From: Balanoglossus misakiensis
Lineage: Eukaryota > Animalia > Hemichordata
Length of the DNA: 64,000 bases
Direction: 5' to 3'
Assembly (NCBI GenBank): GCA_040954595.2
Contig: CM082583.2
Span: 5,950,849-6,014,848 of the forward strand
Positions 36,029 through 51,152 of the stretch are shown one piece after another; positions within the stretch are counted from its first letter, which is position 1, and each line of letters starts with the position of its first letter. Both the position numbers and the translations under genes were made by a program. Below the pieces are notes generated by a model. That model ran no database searches. It had not been told where the DNA came from and saw only the letters and a program-made list of their open reading frames with translations.

Positions 36029-39000
36029 ACCAGGGGATGCGCCCGTCTTGTGTATAGAATGTGTGACAGTCGATGAAAAAGGAGGCGCGCCCTCTAAACT
36101 ATGAAGAACGATACTGTTGTCTATAGCACAGGCACCAGCCTCGCTGTGATACCGCGACGAGTCTTGCAAAGCAATACGGTCTCTTTATGTTCTTCGAATT
36201 ATGATTTATGTTGTTACGAACCAAAAACTCGCAACACAAACACCCAAATTTATATGTTTCACTGCGAATCTATTTGTCACAGGAAGAAAAATAATATCAT
36301 AGTACAAGCACTGAAACTTAAATGTTACTAGGGTACTTACTGGAATATTGTAATGTCCTCAAGAAACTTGTATCAGTTCCGCGGTAATATTACACACGTG
36401 GTGAGCGGACGCGATAATTCAGTGTTCCGTGAGTTCTCTGCACCGGCCCGACGATGGTTCACGCTGGCGTGCTGCTTTCTCACACAGTTCTTTCCTGAAG
36501 TCCTCTCAGAAGAAAGTAACAGGTTCACTTCACTTACAGTTGCTGGCGTAGACATGCATTTTATGTCCGAGAGCAACGCTGAATTCAAACCAACAGGACA
36601 TACCGACGTGCTGAACTTCAACACCGAGCTCCCACGTGGATTACAAGATTCCAGTCCCCGTCGCTCATGGCCGAGTACAACTTGTCTGTTTTCTGGTCGG
36701 CTCACGCCACTTGACTGCCGTTGCAGAGAGTCGAAAATCAAAAACCCTTACGTAATATTCAAAATACCCAGATGTACGGCTACTACAGCTAACGCTATGT
36801 TAATGACGTACACCCTTATTGTTCATTCACCACTGATATTTAAATTATATGCATTCGTAGTACAATCGTAACAACGTGTATAATGGATTTACCTGTAGAT
36901 TATCTGAAGTCTGTCGGATCTTTGCTCCAGCATCCCTACAACTCTAAACTTACGACCCCGCAACCAATAGGGCTCCAATGTGATCGGTTTTGTTTCCATC
37001 GGACTTCACATAACAACAGCTCAGTCTGAAGCCGGAATTCCGTTTAACTAGGCTGATGTGTTTATATGACCATGGGGGATATTTTGACGACCAGGTTAAA
37101 CGGTCCAGGACTTGCGCGAAATTGAACTAAAATCAAATAATTTCTGCATACGTGTGTTCGTGAAATTGGCAGGCGTCTATGTAAAGACATCATGTACAAA
37201 TGCACAAAATCATATCTGTAACTCGCAGAAAAGTAATTCACAGAACGAGATCACATCAATCCAAGCATTATTAAAGATCGCAATGTATGCATGTGTGATC
37301 TAAAATTATGCCTCCATTATCATCACGGGTGTGGCATTATATGAAACCAACAATCATAGCATGTTTAGGCATTATGAAGACTAATATTTATCTCAACAAA
37401 ACTTATTACAACAAATGAAAGGAATATTTCAGCGATTGAACCACGATGCAGCTCTGTAACTTCTCTTTATCTTGGTATATATGATCTTCAGTTCCTTTTG
37501 TTCGTAAAAAGAATATGGGTTTTACAACACCTCGCGTTCAGCACCGATCCAAGGTTTGTTTGGTCATAAAACGTTACGATGATCCACGGTGGATCCGATG
37601 AATGTTTGGATTCGTGATAAGGTTAATGTGAACACATGTAATACCTACGCTTATCTGTCTGGCGACTGCCCCCACAAGGCCAGATAGTGATTTGCAGTGT
37701 GAGCGGCCCGGTATCCCTCCCACAACGACAATTGGCGCCAAAAAGACGTCTGGCTTAGCCGTGTCTTGAGGAAAGAAATCGACGAAAGCCCTACAGTGAA
37801 CGGGCATGGCCAGTTATTTGTCTCCCAGGTACACCTCGCCGTCTCAAGAAATCAGATATCCTCTGTATAAGACCGCAAATGTTCCAGTGGAGAAAGACGG
37901 CTTTATTTTATGCTGCATCTTGAGAAATATTTTAACCCAACACAATGCGCAACTACTCCGTGTTTAGCTTGAAAGGAGTTTCATTTTTTTTAAATAACAT
38001 TTCAGTTGTCTGGGATCATATCACACTCTCCAATGTGATACACCAAATTGCTTTTGAGGGATTCGCTGTCAGTGACGGGGGATATGTGATAATAGCGGAT
38101 GATGGATTACACACTAAAAGCGGATCTGGACGAGTGTGATACTAATACTAATAGAAGTGGGTCAGTCGGAACTTCATATGGCATAAGCTTGATTAAGTCC
38201 CATGAAGTTGTAACTCAATAAAAAAAATTAAGCTATAAATAATCTCGGATATGCTTTTAATTCTCACTATCAAATGATATTGCCTGATAGTGTATCAAGA
38301 TAACGCTTTTTATGACAAAATTGCAAAATAAAAGAAATATCAGTACAGTCAAAAATTCCCCCAATATTAAAAAAAGTGAAAAGTGCATTTATTTGCATGT
38401 GTTCTGGTGGATGAGATCATGCTTTGTTTATGAAGTTTCAAAGTGGTAAATGCAACGCTTTCATTGTATTTTGCATTTTCCCACAGTGGCGGCCATATTC
38501 CTTTGCGGCAAATCTTTATAATTTATCTGGTTAAAACTTGCATATTTGGTTTTATAATACTTGTATATACTCCAGAGCATATATCTGGATGGTCTAATAT
38601 TAGTACACTTTGAAAATAAATTTCATGAAAATTTCCCAAAAGTTGCAGCTCACGGGGCTTTAATAGAAAAAAAATGACATGGGAATATTGAACACGAACA
38701 GCTTGGTTGTACCGACCTTTTTCCCACTCCCACTTGTTGGGGCTTACAATCATCCCCAGATACTGTTACCTATAAGGCGGCATCTTATATAGCTCCGTGT
38801 GCGGAAGTTAATAGGACTGTTAATACAGATAGGGATAAGCGTGAGAGTCTTACTCTTTATACTCTCTGAGCAGCTTTGCTGGCAAAAGTAAAGGTTACAG
38901 TTTACTGGCAAAGCTTTATAAGAATGTATACACCAATCCCGCCCGCTGATATTTTGATACTCAAGCCCGTGTCGCAGTTTCCCGTTGGTTGGAAATCCGT

Positions 39001-42000
39001 TGTTACTGAAACGATATGCAAATGTAATCTTCTCTGTGTGGTTCGTCCGTATCAGAATCAAAACATTAACAGTCCGGGCCCGTATTTGTCGTGCCAGACG
39101 ATTTACACAGTCAGCCAAGATCTGAAATGTTTAAGTCTTTTATCGTCGACATGGTTTTTTGTCTATACAGATTAGGAGACTGCTATAACATGGATGTATT
39201 TCGTTGAGAGATTGCTTTACTACGGAGGATAATCCGAAGGGTACTTAAAAGTTACGGGTATTGGAGGAATATTTCAAATAATAAAAGAGTGATGTCTTCA
39301 CCAAGTTGGTTTTTGTCATGCTGACACATATTCACTTGGCTCGGCATTAACCGAATCGTCTCAAAATTTTCACGCTTATCTCGCTTCTATGCATATTAGC
39401 TAAGCGCCTAATATCCCTGCGGTCACGGTGCGTTTCATTTGCTGATAAGAAGTCGAACAAGACTTCTCTCAAGACGATAGCGAAATTGTCCGTCAAACAA
39501 AATGTAATCTCCACGGGTGACGGGCGGTTCGATGCGGACAGATGCGATGACGTGTTCACTGCCATTTAAGAGTTACATACCAATTTGCTTAAAAGGTGTC
39601 GCAGTGTTTGCGACTTCCTGTCGACCACGTCTTCTGAAATACTAATGGTGATGAATAACGCCTCCGAATTTCTGAAGAAGTAATGCCCTTGCTCTTGGCT
39701 CACTAGTACAGCGTGCATCTACTAACACGGACGGTCGTCTCCGTTGCATTCCAATGATTAGGTCACTGTGGCACAGTTTAAAGGGGCGTCGTATACGTAA
39801 AGATGCGTGAACGAGCATTGTGCATTGTGTATAGTTTGATAGCGAACCGTAGACCGACCTTGAACGTGTGATATATTCAAGGGAGCCTGCCCCACAAAAA
39901 ATGAACCTTTTAAATCGGAAAAGGGTTGTAATTTCATCTACCATTCCACGTCACATTGCAAATTGCATATGAGCCATATATAAAGAAAGCCGGATACATT
40001 ATCCGAATATGGAAATATGAGTACCGGAGCCTACGATCAGTTGCCCGACGCGCGCAGGTGCGCCAATGTCTCCCCCGCGGAAAAGGGGAATAACACACAA
40101 ATACAAGAGGGGGAAGTAATCTGTACATGTTACATAACCATAACATAGAGACATATAAAATTACAATATTGCTTCCCTGCCATTTGCAACTGCTGCGCTT
40201 ATGGTCAGCTTTGATGTTTTCAATTTAACCCATGGAGCATAATGTTCACATTGATGGCAATGGCTTGCTTCATTCTAAAAGACTTTAACAAAAGAGACAA
40301 ATGGTTTAAACATCCAGTCTAGCCTTTGATATTAGTTTGTATTTTGAGGTATTATTACATATTTCATTCCGCCATTTTGACAAAGAGGTCCCCTCAGTTA
40401 TTGCGAACCACTAATCCAACATTGGCAAGTCGCTTTTCTTAGTATTATGAAATTTTGAGATCCGCTTCCTTCTTGATTACCCACGTAAGCTTCTGGATAT
40501 TCCTTGAACATCGATTTATATGATTCTTTTTCGCCAGGGAGGCAAATCATACTTAAATGTCAGCGGTACGGTATTTGCACATCTTGCTGACGTGCTCATT
40601 AATTGAAAACGATGACTTGCAAATACGGAACGCATCGTTGATAATTCTGATGTATTGTGCAGATATGTAAAAGAGGGTGGGTGTTTCTTCTGCAGACGCT
40701 CTTCTGGGCGGCAGTGTGACGTCATAAATGTGAAGTAGACAGGCAAGTAGCGGTATCGTTTATCTCGATCAAAACTGACGAGTGTAATCCATCGGGAATC
40801 GCGCCGATGATAACCACCTCAAAGAAACAGACGCTGAAACTAGAATGTCACTGCAGACAATGAGGTTAATTCCCGTCTAGAGAGAGAGAGAAAGATTCAA
40901 ATCGCACGAAATAATATGTTTTTGATTTATATTCCCAGGCACCATTTCTTTTTAACGCGACTCATAATTTATTCACACCACGGTGTGATATAGCGCCGAT
41001 AATCTAACAAGGTGGATCGTTTGGATGTATTGAAAACAAGCATACAAAGCGAATGCGTTGCGCTGTACACGTATATGCATACATGACAAGGGTCGCAATT
41101 CCGCCTAGCGTTCAACGAGAGATTGTGACGTGGAAGCATTTGTGGGTAATAATGTTTACATCCACAATTTTTAAGGGTAACTTGAACGAGGAATCTTGCC
41201 GCCAACTTCGTCTTTCGGGAGATTAAGTGAAGTGGGAATGGAAGCAGGGTTTAGCGGAGTGTATACGGGAGCACTTTTATGCACATACATCTAAAGAGTT
41301 ACCTAGGCCCCCGGGCGATCTACTCGAGTTTGAACGACTTCGCCGGGCCGTAGATATAGATTAGTGTAATGGCGGAGACGGCAAATATTCATATTCTGAA
41401 TACATGTACATCAGCGACGGTTTTTTTAGTTCGAATAAAATTCACTGTTTTCCTGTTTAAGACAGAAATCGTGAGGTGCGACCCATCTGTCCGTATATAT
41501 ATAATGGTCATCATATCTTGTATATGTTTATAGTTACTTTGGCGTTTGTTACCGAGGAAATCCAGATTCATTTTATTGCATATATGAAGTAGGATTTCCG
41601 ATCCGTGGCCATATTGCAATCGCCGTGTATTCCGGAGGGCTCGTACTGTTGTCAATACGGTGTCCGTTTACGACGTCTATGACGTGAATCGTCATTTTCC
41701 AGACAAAGGCCAGCGAATGAGAGGAACGGCAATTACACATTAACGACGTCTCCAACCTAGATCGTATAAAGACTGTAAAAAAAATAACTCGTTCTTTTTT
41801 CTGAAGATATGCGGAACTATCGGTACTTATATACGCGCTCTCGTGGCGCTCCCCGCTATGCTACTCTGGTCCAGCGGCGCCGCAACAGTAAAAGTTGGAT
41901 GGACTTCGCGTTTATCAGCGCGTATCCGAGGTGCCACAGTTCTTTGAAACCTAAATACCTAATCTCCATGGCTCCCGGGGAGTGGTATTACCCTACCTGC

Positions 42001-45000
42001 CTTGCTACAAGAAGTGCAAACTACCTTTTCGAGTGGAAGAGAAATAAATTAATTTGTTGTCACGGTGGGTCGTGTATGAGGGCGCTCTGGCAAAACTTGT
42101 AGGAAGTGCACGACGACGTCACCGGCTTGTTGAACAGTGAAACTAATGTGTGTGTATGTATAGAGCCTGCTATGTTGCCCATAGCGGCGGAGATTCAAAT
42201 GTACAGGTGTGTCCTTTGCCACCAAGCCTGTCTATACACTGGCTTTAAGCATTGATGGATTTGCGAACCTGAGCCGCCGCGTCCCTCGATCCCTCTACCT
42301 TGGCATCATGTACCACTTATTGCTCCATTAATAGTAAATGCACAAGGCATTTTTAGCGCAATCCGTCTAAACCGGACGGAAACTCGTAAATCTCCCACAG
42401 GAAAAAAAAAGCATCAAAAACCCGGCGTTGTTATATTCCCTCTCGGTCTCCCGGTTCTCTCGTTATATCCACAGTAAGTCATCCGCGGGTGATCCTTCCA
42501 TACTCTGTGGCTAATAACGTCACGTAGTGCCAGACCATTCTTGTGTATTGCCGGGTGATCCCTACATGTGTGTTGGAACTTAGTTGTCAGTGGTGCAAGT
42601 ATACAGCGTTGCCCGCCTGCGCTTGAAAAAAATGACACCAGACCTCGGATGAGCAATTCTGTAAAAGTCGTTCAGCAGCAGGCCCCATAACAAGAACACA
42701 CACGACAGAAGTAATGTATCTACGAGACAGCATTTATTGGAGATCTCGATAATAGTGCAACTATGGGGGGAAAGTCCACAGTGGTCGCACAAACACAATC
42801 GGGGAGGACCAGTTTTAAGTGCATGCTTGACTGTGTACAATTTCTCGTTGTTCGTCATCTTCTAAAAACCTATGGAATCCATCATACACATTACATGGAA
42901 ATTTACCGAGGAAAATCTACAATATCTCTACGATATGTAAACATTGCGACGTATCTGAGCAACGGAAAACGGTGTAACTATTAACATTGAATTAGAACGA
43001 CGGGTTGCTAACCAGGCCAGTGTCGAAGCACCGGCAGGGAGGGGACATTGACTAAAATAAGCACAACATCACCATGACACTTGTGCCAACAACAATTAGA
43101 TCTAAACAGAGACACTGTGTAAAGCTACATACCAAAAATTTTTCCTCAAAAAATTTACAACATTTACCTAAACGGGTTGAGAAATATCACATGAGCGCTT
43201 CACTTGTTTGTAAATAAAATTGAGGCGATTTGTTTTTTACTGTAAGTAAATCAATACACGTGTGTCACTGTTTTCCTTGGCGTTATGTTGAAAGGTAAAT
43301 GGCTGACTTTGTAACCCGCGTACATGCTTGTGTGTGTAATACTGTCCAAACGCTCTACACTTTCTGTACCTTTTTCGAAATTGCGCTAAACATTAAACCG
43401 AGTCCTCATTGCGCTGTATGAGATTAACCCCCCCCCTCCCCATCCCCCCAGGAACATCACGTGAGGCTGGGATTCGCTGGATGAACACCTGTACGCGTGT
43501 CGGGTTACCCGCAAGTCACCGACAGGGCTGTTAAGCTGTCTTAATGCCCGCGCACGTATCCATTCTGTAAATATTTAATATGGCTAACAAATTTGTTCAT
43601 TAATAACTTATAAGCTAAATATCGGATCTTGTCAACAAATGTCTGAGAAAAGAAGAAGGGCGCATACATAGATTCATCTCATTAACTTCTACAATGTGAT
43701 TATTCTCGACTACATGTTTGGTAAAAAATAAAGTATATTCTGTCTTATGGTATTGTAATTAATCACTATACATGAAAGGACAGTCTCACTATTTACCAAG
43801 GATAAATAGTTATACTTTTTTGTCATGGTAATCTTGTTCGGTTTCACTCAAAATAGATAACTAAAGAATACTCATTCAAGACGTGGCCGAGCAAAACTAT
43901 AGTACAACCGTGCATTATTTGGTTCACAATTTGCCAAGTAAAAAGTACCGTGATACAACGACAATAACGTGACAATATATTCATTCAATTCAATTCTGCT
44001 TAAAAGCTAACAAGTTCAAATCAGATGCAGACTACTAACTCAACATATGACAGCGTAAAACAGCAAAGTATGACAATTCGCAAAACGGCTACAGTCCTAA
44101 ACATTATGTATTATTTAAATGAAACATCCTAAAACATTGAAAATCGTACACGCAACATCAGTTCATGAATAAATTATGAGCGTGAAATAACTCTAGTTTT
44201 CATAATTGATCCCCGCCAACGTGGTTTCCTCCGGTTGGTTATATACATACAAAGGCGTCGGTACCTACGATATCGTCTGCCGGAGCAAAAATTTTAATTT
44301 CTCAAATAAACGGTGACCTCAATTGATTACGCGTGGAGGAGATATATATTGGTAAATATACACCGAAAAAAATATGAAACTTACTTAAGAAATGTGCCTG
44401 TCTATCCCAAAACATTTGAAACCATGACAGATTCTCTTTTTGGACCGTGTGGAATTGTACTGGCCTCAATTTCAAAAAGGGTTGAAACTGCCTGTCGTCT
44501 ACACAGGAAAGTGTGTTTTTCCCATGATGCCAGTGGATCCTTTAAGGCACTTGGTCAATTGACAACTGTGACAAACAAATCTGAACTTGAGCGAAACGAT
44601 TTCTGAGCGTGTCACTGAGCATTACGTCTGGCCAGCACACTCGGTTCGTCTTCTCCAGGAATTGCACTGTACACGGAAGCACGGTGCTGGCCCACTTGCC
44701 ATTACAGGCGTGGAATCTTCCTGGCATCACAACGGCTACAATTACATGTACTCATTTGACTCTCACAAGCACTATAAAAAACATGTCTTTCAAACATTGT
44801 TGTGATGCGGCTGCACTCTCCTCGAAATTAACCCATTTTCTAAATTCAGTGCAATAAAATTCAAAGACTTCAACTAAAGACAATGTGTACATAATTGAAA
44901 TATAAATACATTTCACATCAGTGACTCATTTGTAAATTTTACAGCTGTACACTGTGGAATGGATCGCTCTTTGTGTTTTTTTTGCGCTGTCCGGACACGT

Positions 45001-46096
45001 CGTTGTTTCCTTGCGCACTCTGCTTAAAAATCACGGTGCGACTACAAGCACGGTCATGATAGAATTTCATGAAATGGCACATCATGCGAAGCCATTTATA
45101 GAAAGCATCGATCCAGTATCTCGACACAGTTTTGAAAAGTAACCAAAGTGTTCATTTAGAAACACAAAAATATGTCAAGTCTGAGAGTCCAGTGCCATCT
45201 GTATAGTCGCTTAATGTTCACATTTCATATAGATTAGTATATATACATTGAACACAACCCGGACACAGGAGACCGGTGTGTTTCTGTGACTGACAAATTA
45301 GCACGTCAATAGTTCCCCCTCTTTTATGAAACATTTCCTCTTGTCTGCTTGAAGAATTGGCCCCCCATTTCGTTGTACAAAGGTAAAACACGCAGACCTG
45401 TTTGACGTACAGTAAAGTTGTATTATGCCTTCCCGCAATTTGGCGGGGTATTTTAACCCCGCACTCCCGGAACAATCTAGAAACATCATCTCTACTTTTC
45501 GATTTGTTGGTGTGATATCGCATTTCTAGATGTCGTATGATTCGTTATCTTGCGTTGGCAATATCTTTTCTCTCTTTTTTTCTCTCTCGAATATTCAGAC
45601 ACTCCTTTAGTCATCGGTTTTCGTGTCCGCTGACGGGAAATGTCAAAACATCACCATAGAACGTTTGGATTGCACTTACATTGGCGGCTCTAATAGGAGA
45701 CATTTCACGTGACCATCACGTGGAGATAGCATCTTCTCATTAACCATGATGCATTGCAGTTTATTCATCGGCTGAGTGGATAGTGTTTTGAGTTGGTCGT
45801 GATCTGAAGGTGCCGCTAGATGCCGCCCGAATATAGCCTAAATTGTAGCAGAAAATAGTTTCAATCATGACCATGCAATAATTTATGTGAAAATACTTGA
45901 TCAGGGAAGAATGTCTATCTCGTCTTTCGGCCATATTGTCTGTCATCATCACTATGGGACTCTTTGCAAGGCATATTAAAATCATCTTACAATATCTAGT
46001 GTCTACGTGCTCAAACTTAAAAACCTCAGGCATTTGGCTATCTCAATAATAATATACACGTGTATTTACAATGTAACTCGTCAATTATAGTTTGGT

Positions 46097-47969
46097 TTAC
46101 ATGGAGACCGAGTCTTCCCCACGCGACATTTTCTCTGATATTCTAGTGGTTTTAGTGACAGTAGTTTGTGTAAACCCATTACCATATGGACAGCACGCAT
46201 TAAACAACTTCTTGAAGTACTTGCGAAAACTGTTGGTGGCGAACGCATAGACAAACGGGTTGACGCACGAGTTGGTGTACGCCAAGCACAGGCAGAATAT
46301 GCGAAAGTTGTAGACGGGGATGGAGTCGTACGGGTACTCCCTGTCCAGAATCATCCACTGGTTCATCACTTGCAGCGGGCCCCAGCAGATGGCGAACAGT
46401 ATGACCACGATCAACACCATGCGGGTGATTTTCCTCTTCCGGCGGATGGAGCGCTCGATGGCCTGCGCGCTCTCGGTGCCGCTCGAAGTGCGCCGCCACA
46501 CCTGTTCCAGGATCATGGCGTAGCAGATGGTGACTATCCCCAGCGGCAGCAGGTACATCACAAAAAAGGCGTAAAACTCGTAGATTCTGTGAGCAATGTT
46601 ATTGGGAAATATCTTGCGGCAGTACGTGTTCCCGTTTTCTACTACTTGCATAGTGTATATAGCGACCGGCACATGCAGTAAAAATGCCCCTGAAAATAAA
46701 TAAATAAACAATATTACTTTGAAGAGATAGAATCTAGCATATTCCTTTTCAAACAAGAAGGTACGTCGTCCACGATTCCGTAATATGGTAAATATTAGAG
46801 CGCCATAACTTGAATTATTCAACCCATTTTACAAGGAAGAATATACATCTTCTTCAATCGCCTGAGCTATGTACATTTAAGCTATAATTTCTCAATGTGT
46901 TAGAATCTGCATTGAAGGTGTGTTTTATTGCGGCAGACTGATTACGGGAAAGCTCGGGGCATCTTCCACTAAGTTAAAACCACGTGACAAAAAACAGAAG
47001 AACGATAATGTCAAAAGTTGTCGAACTGCCAGCAATGTGTGCGTTGTACAGTACGCTCTGCAGAGCATTCCGGATTATCAATTTATATTTACCGTTCTGA
47101 GTATAAGATCCCGTCACCAAAACTGGCGAGCAGGAAATTAAAGATCGCGATAAAGCCAAGGACCGAATGCAATTGATTTGTGTTTCTTGGGAGTTAATGG
47201 AGCAGATATTATTGTGGTTCTTCTGTGTTTATCTCAAAGCGCAAATACTGAGATTGGATCCCACACTTAGCCTAGAAGCGTGGATATGACGAATGTTTTA
47301 TATACCCTGAAAGCGCATTACATTCGCGGCTTGTTTCACATCAAGCAATCCCCCCATGATATAGTGACCGTGACAGCTTAGTGCAACGCCCGGCAGTCGT
47401 AACTCACGCACCGGCGAACGAAAACACGCCGATCTTTGGCAGTTTCAGGTTAACTACAATCTGCTAGCTATACTTCCGTTAATTACGTACAATCCTGTTT
47501 TATTGCAAAGAAAACTGATGTTACATATCGCGGGGAGAAGGGCCCGGAGGGAAGATATGCCGCCTCAGAACTAGATTAGCGCGTTTCAAGGCCGAAGTAT
47601 TTTTCCCCCGACAGCGTGTGCCGGCAAATTGAATAGGTAATAGAAACCCAGTCCGAATCCGATTCGGCTGTCACGTCACGGCGGAAGTTCTGGCGTTATC
47701 TCGCAGAAGGCGAACGAGCGAACGAGCGCGCGTGTTCGTTCGTCGACTGCACTTTCGGTTATCTCGTTTCGTAGGGCATCCTATGGGAGCAGGCTTTTTA
47801 AGCTAGCGATGCCGTTGTTTATCTTACCTATCCAGATGAACACACTGATCATCATGGCCATTACTGGTTTTCGTATTGTGGCGTTACGTGACCGCACTGC
47901 GTGTACGATGAGGAAGTGTCGATCCACTGTCATGGCGGTCAGAGTGGCACATGTAGCTTGGACGGATAC
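46097..47969 (-). CDS. KISS1R: Kisspeptin-receptor-like (KISS1R/GPR54, galanin/allatostatin-A group) rhodopsin GPCR, partial: last two exons (TM3-TM7)
   Basis: complement(join(46097..46689,47828..47969)). The first exon begins VSVQATCATLTAMTVDRH (KISS1R-typical); YLLPL..ICY, RMVLIVVILFAICWGP, LAYTNSCVNPFVYAF. TM1-TM2 exons were not found in 48-64 kb and are presumably outside the window. Confidence 0.88.
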
Positions 47970-50900
47970 CTGTGGGAAATGATAACACGGAGAAAACGAC
48001 GTTAAAACTGACGCATAAACATCTACCTCCATACACGAAATACTCGATATGTACTTCAAGTTGCCATCGCAACCAGTATCTTTAAGGTATTATGCACCTC
48101 GATTGGTAATCAAAGTCTTAAACCTTTCCATATTCAAAATAGCCACCAATCAGTGTTAACTCTATGAAGAAAAAAATAAAGTAGTGATTTTTATGACATC
48201 AAGACGGTGGACACAATATTGCAGAAGTCAAATATCAGAAGAAGAAAAAACAGAATTGGTAAAAACGTCAGATAATTCCTGGTCCCAAATTGTCTAGCAG
48301 TAAGTGGTCAACTTTTTACCTTAGTGTGATGTAAAAAGATCAAAAGTAACGAAAATCGTTTCCACTAAGAATGGTGTGAAATTACCAAAGAAAACATGAT
48401 GAAAATTTAAGGACCAATTTTCAAGATGTGTAATTGCGGTCACACTAAACGATAATGGCGAATGCGGCACCCACACGACGGTTAGACATAAACATTTCTA
48501 TTGAGATCACTTGATCGTTTTCCTCAGACGAATACGAACACTCATTGCTTTTCAGATGTTAAAAGCACTTTCACGAACACCCGATTGGAAATTAAAGGAC
48601 TCGTCACCATTATCTGTTTAAATGTACCTCTAAGTGGAATTCCACTTTGTACTTTGAAAAAAGCAACAAAGTATACACCAAAAGGTCTCACATATAATTA
48701 GAAAGAAGATATCGAATTTTGCAAATATCAATTCTCTGTATACGGAGAAATTCCGGTTCGTGACAAATAGATGGATTTTTCCAAATGCCGCCGGAACAAA
48801 ATAATTTTGAAATACACATTTTCGCAGTCCCTGATCAAAGGTTATGATTTTCTCATTACTCATCTAAATGGATTACGTCAGATTCGGGGACCTTTCTAAA
48901 AGCTTGGCTAACATCGTGACTGGAACAGGGCGGTGTCAGACAAAGAAGTTAAGTCAATCATCAACGTGCCCGATCAACCAACAGAACTTCATGCGGCACT
49001 GGCATTCTCATCTGGGGACTCCCACCACAATGTTAACGGCCTCTGCAATAGAACCACTGGTCCGCATTTGTGTAAAAAAATATTCCACGTATTGTACCAC
49101 AGCGATTAACTTTGATACGATGTTTATGCGGACAACAGATAGCCTTGCAACGATACAGCGGTGCCCACTTTATATTTATTGTGATTAGTAAAAGCAATTT
49201 CTGAAGTTCGCGATAAGTATCTATTTAATTAAAGATCGATGTGTGTTTACATGTAATGGCTTCGGATCGTTTTTAGGGGCCCAGAGTCAATTTGCGATTA
49301 AATTGACCTATTCCAAAGGCAATGTTATTTTGGCAGAGCACGCAGGCCAGGAGGATCTTTAAGAAAGGAACAAAACATCTGAACAAACTTCGCATGTCTC
49401 TATGACAACAACAACCCAGAAAGTGGCACACTTATGTCCACCCAAGCTGCTTTCGATTGTTCCGGGGAAAAAAAACTCATACATGTACGCATGCTAATCT
49501 AACCTTGCAGTCGTGTCATCAATCGCTTGCTGTCAGAAACAGACACATATCTGGTAATGTGCCCTTGAAATTTGATAATGATTCAATTATTAATGAAGGT
49601 ACTGGGGACTCTATCCTCGCTGCAGTGGACACTGAGAAGCCCGTCTTCATACGACACACAATTCGAAGCCGATATAGTCGCGTTGTGGGCGATTGCATTC
49701 TATTACATTCTCTGGTGTTTAATGGCAACATTTCAGTATTTTTTTCACACTTCCCTCGTTAACACAGACTGCTCTAGTGTTTACGGTAACCACAGTAAAT
49801 ATCACTGATTACTGATTCTTAATATATTACACCGGCTTGTGACAAAGGAAAACGATGAACATGACGTTTCGATCACGTTTGCGTAGAGAATTAGACAATT
49901 AGCAGACAATTACTAATAGGCAGCTGCAGTCTTTTAGTACAGATTCTTTTAGTGATTTATATACTTATATAGCTTCTATCGCGTGAAGTGCCCTCAACAC
50001 GCGCGGCCATGTTGGATTACAGCAAAACGAGAAAATGGTCTTCACATTATGCCTCTCCTATTAGCAACTCTTTTTGTATAAATCCGGTATAGGTGCTTAG
50101 GCATGTCTGAGTGATCACTCAGACTGGACCAATAGGTGCATAACACGCTAATGACTTAGTGAACCAAGGAGATTTGTTGATCAAGAGGGATCTGGGCCTC
50201 CGGGGGGAGGGGGGGGGGACGGGTGAGTTCTCAGGTAAAACGAGACTCTAGCCTGGTCCCTTGTTTGCGAAGTCGTTTCGGCAGCGTTCCGCGACCGGTT
50301 TATATATAGAGAAGGGCTGGGGACTGTGGTGGAACAATTCTCTCCCTCGTGGGAATCCATCATCGAAATCCAAGTCGAGCGGCACGACAAGTCAACGGCG
50401 TCCTGCCCAGGTGCAGACACGGATGGGATGATGTATCGATCACACGTGACGATATAAAATACCGTTTGCAAGAGGCGTTTACATTTCACGCGGTAACTGT
50501 GTTTGCCTGGTTGTTCTCATTAGATGGCTTTGACGTAATAAAGAAAATGGCCGATATGCGGCCATCTTGGATCAAGACGTGAAATAACCCCGCATGTATC
50601 TGGTGACGTGTCCTTGAATTCTGGCATTGACTTAACCGCTAATAAACGCATAAAGCGGCCCAAATCCAGCTGTGGGAGGAGACCATCAAAATCAAGCTCT
50701 TCTTAGTTCGTCGAACTTTGAAAATGCATTAAAGATGTCACAGTAACGGTACTAAGTAGCAATTTAATAACTTTCTGGTTTTGATGCCCGATAGCCAAAG
50801 CCTATAGCCCCACAGCAAATGAAGACGAATGCTCGTATTCAATTTTACCGACAAAGGGATTGTTTTTCGTCCTCTGACTATACAACCGTTAAATTACAAA

Positions 50901-51014
50901 ATAATGGGCGTGCACTTTCGAAATACATTCCCTGAAACAGGAATCGAATGCCGTTTTATATTGCTTCCTCAGAAGACACACGCAAGAAGAACCTTCTGCA
51001 GATCTATACCTCTG

Positions 51015-51121
51015 TTCATTCATTCATTCATTCATTCATTCATTCATTCATTCATTCATTCATTCATTCATTCATTCATTCATTCATTCATTCATTCATT
51101 CACTCACTCACTCATCCGCCC

Positions 51122-51150
<29 letters not shown>
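51015..51150. repeat. (TTCA)n followed by (GACA)n microsatellite
   Basis: Visible. Confidence 0.95.

Positions 51151-51152
<2 letters not shown>

Noticed and set aside
36353-37810. Overlapping ORFs (172 aa +, 122 aa -, 77 aa -) with some splice-like signals on the minus strand
   Set aside because: I could not assemble a convincing phase-consistent protein or find a domain. A lncRNA or fast-evolving gene cannot be excluded.
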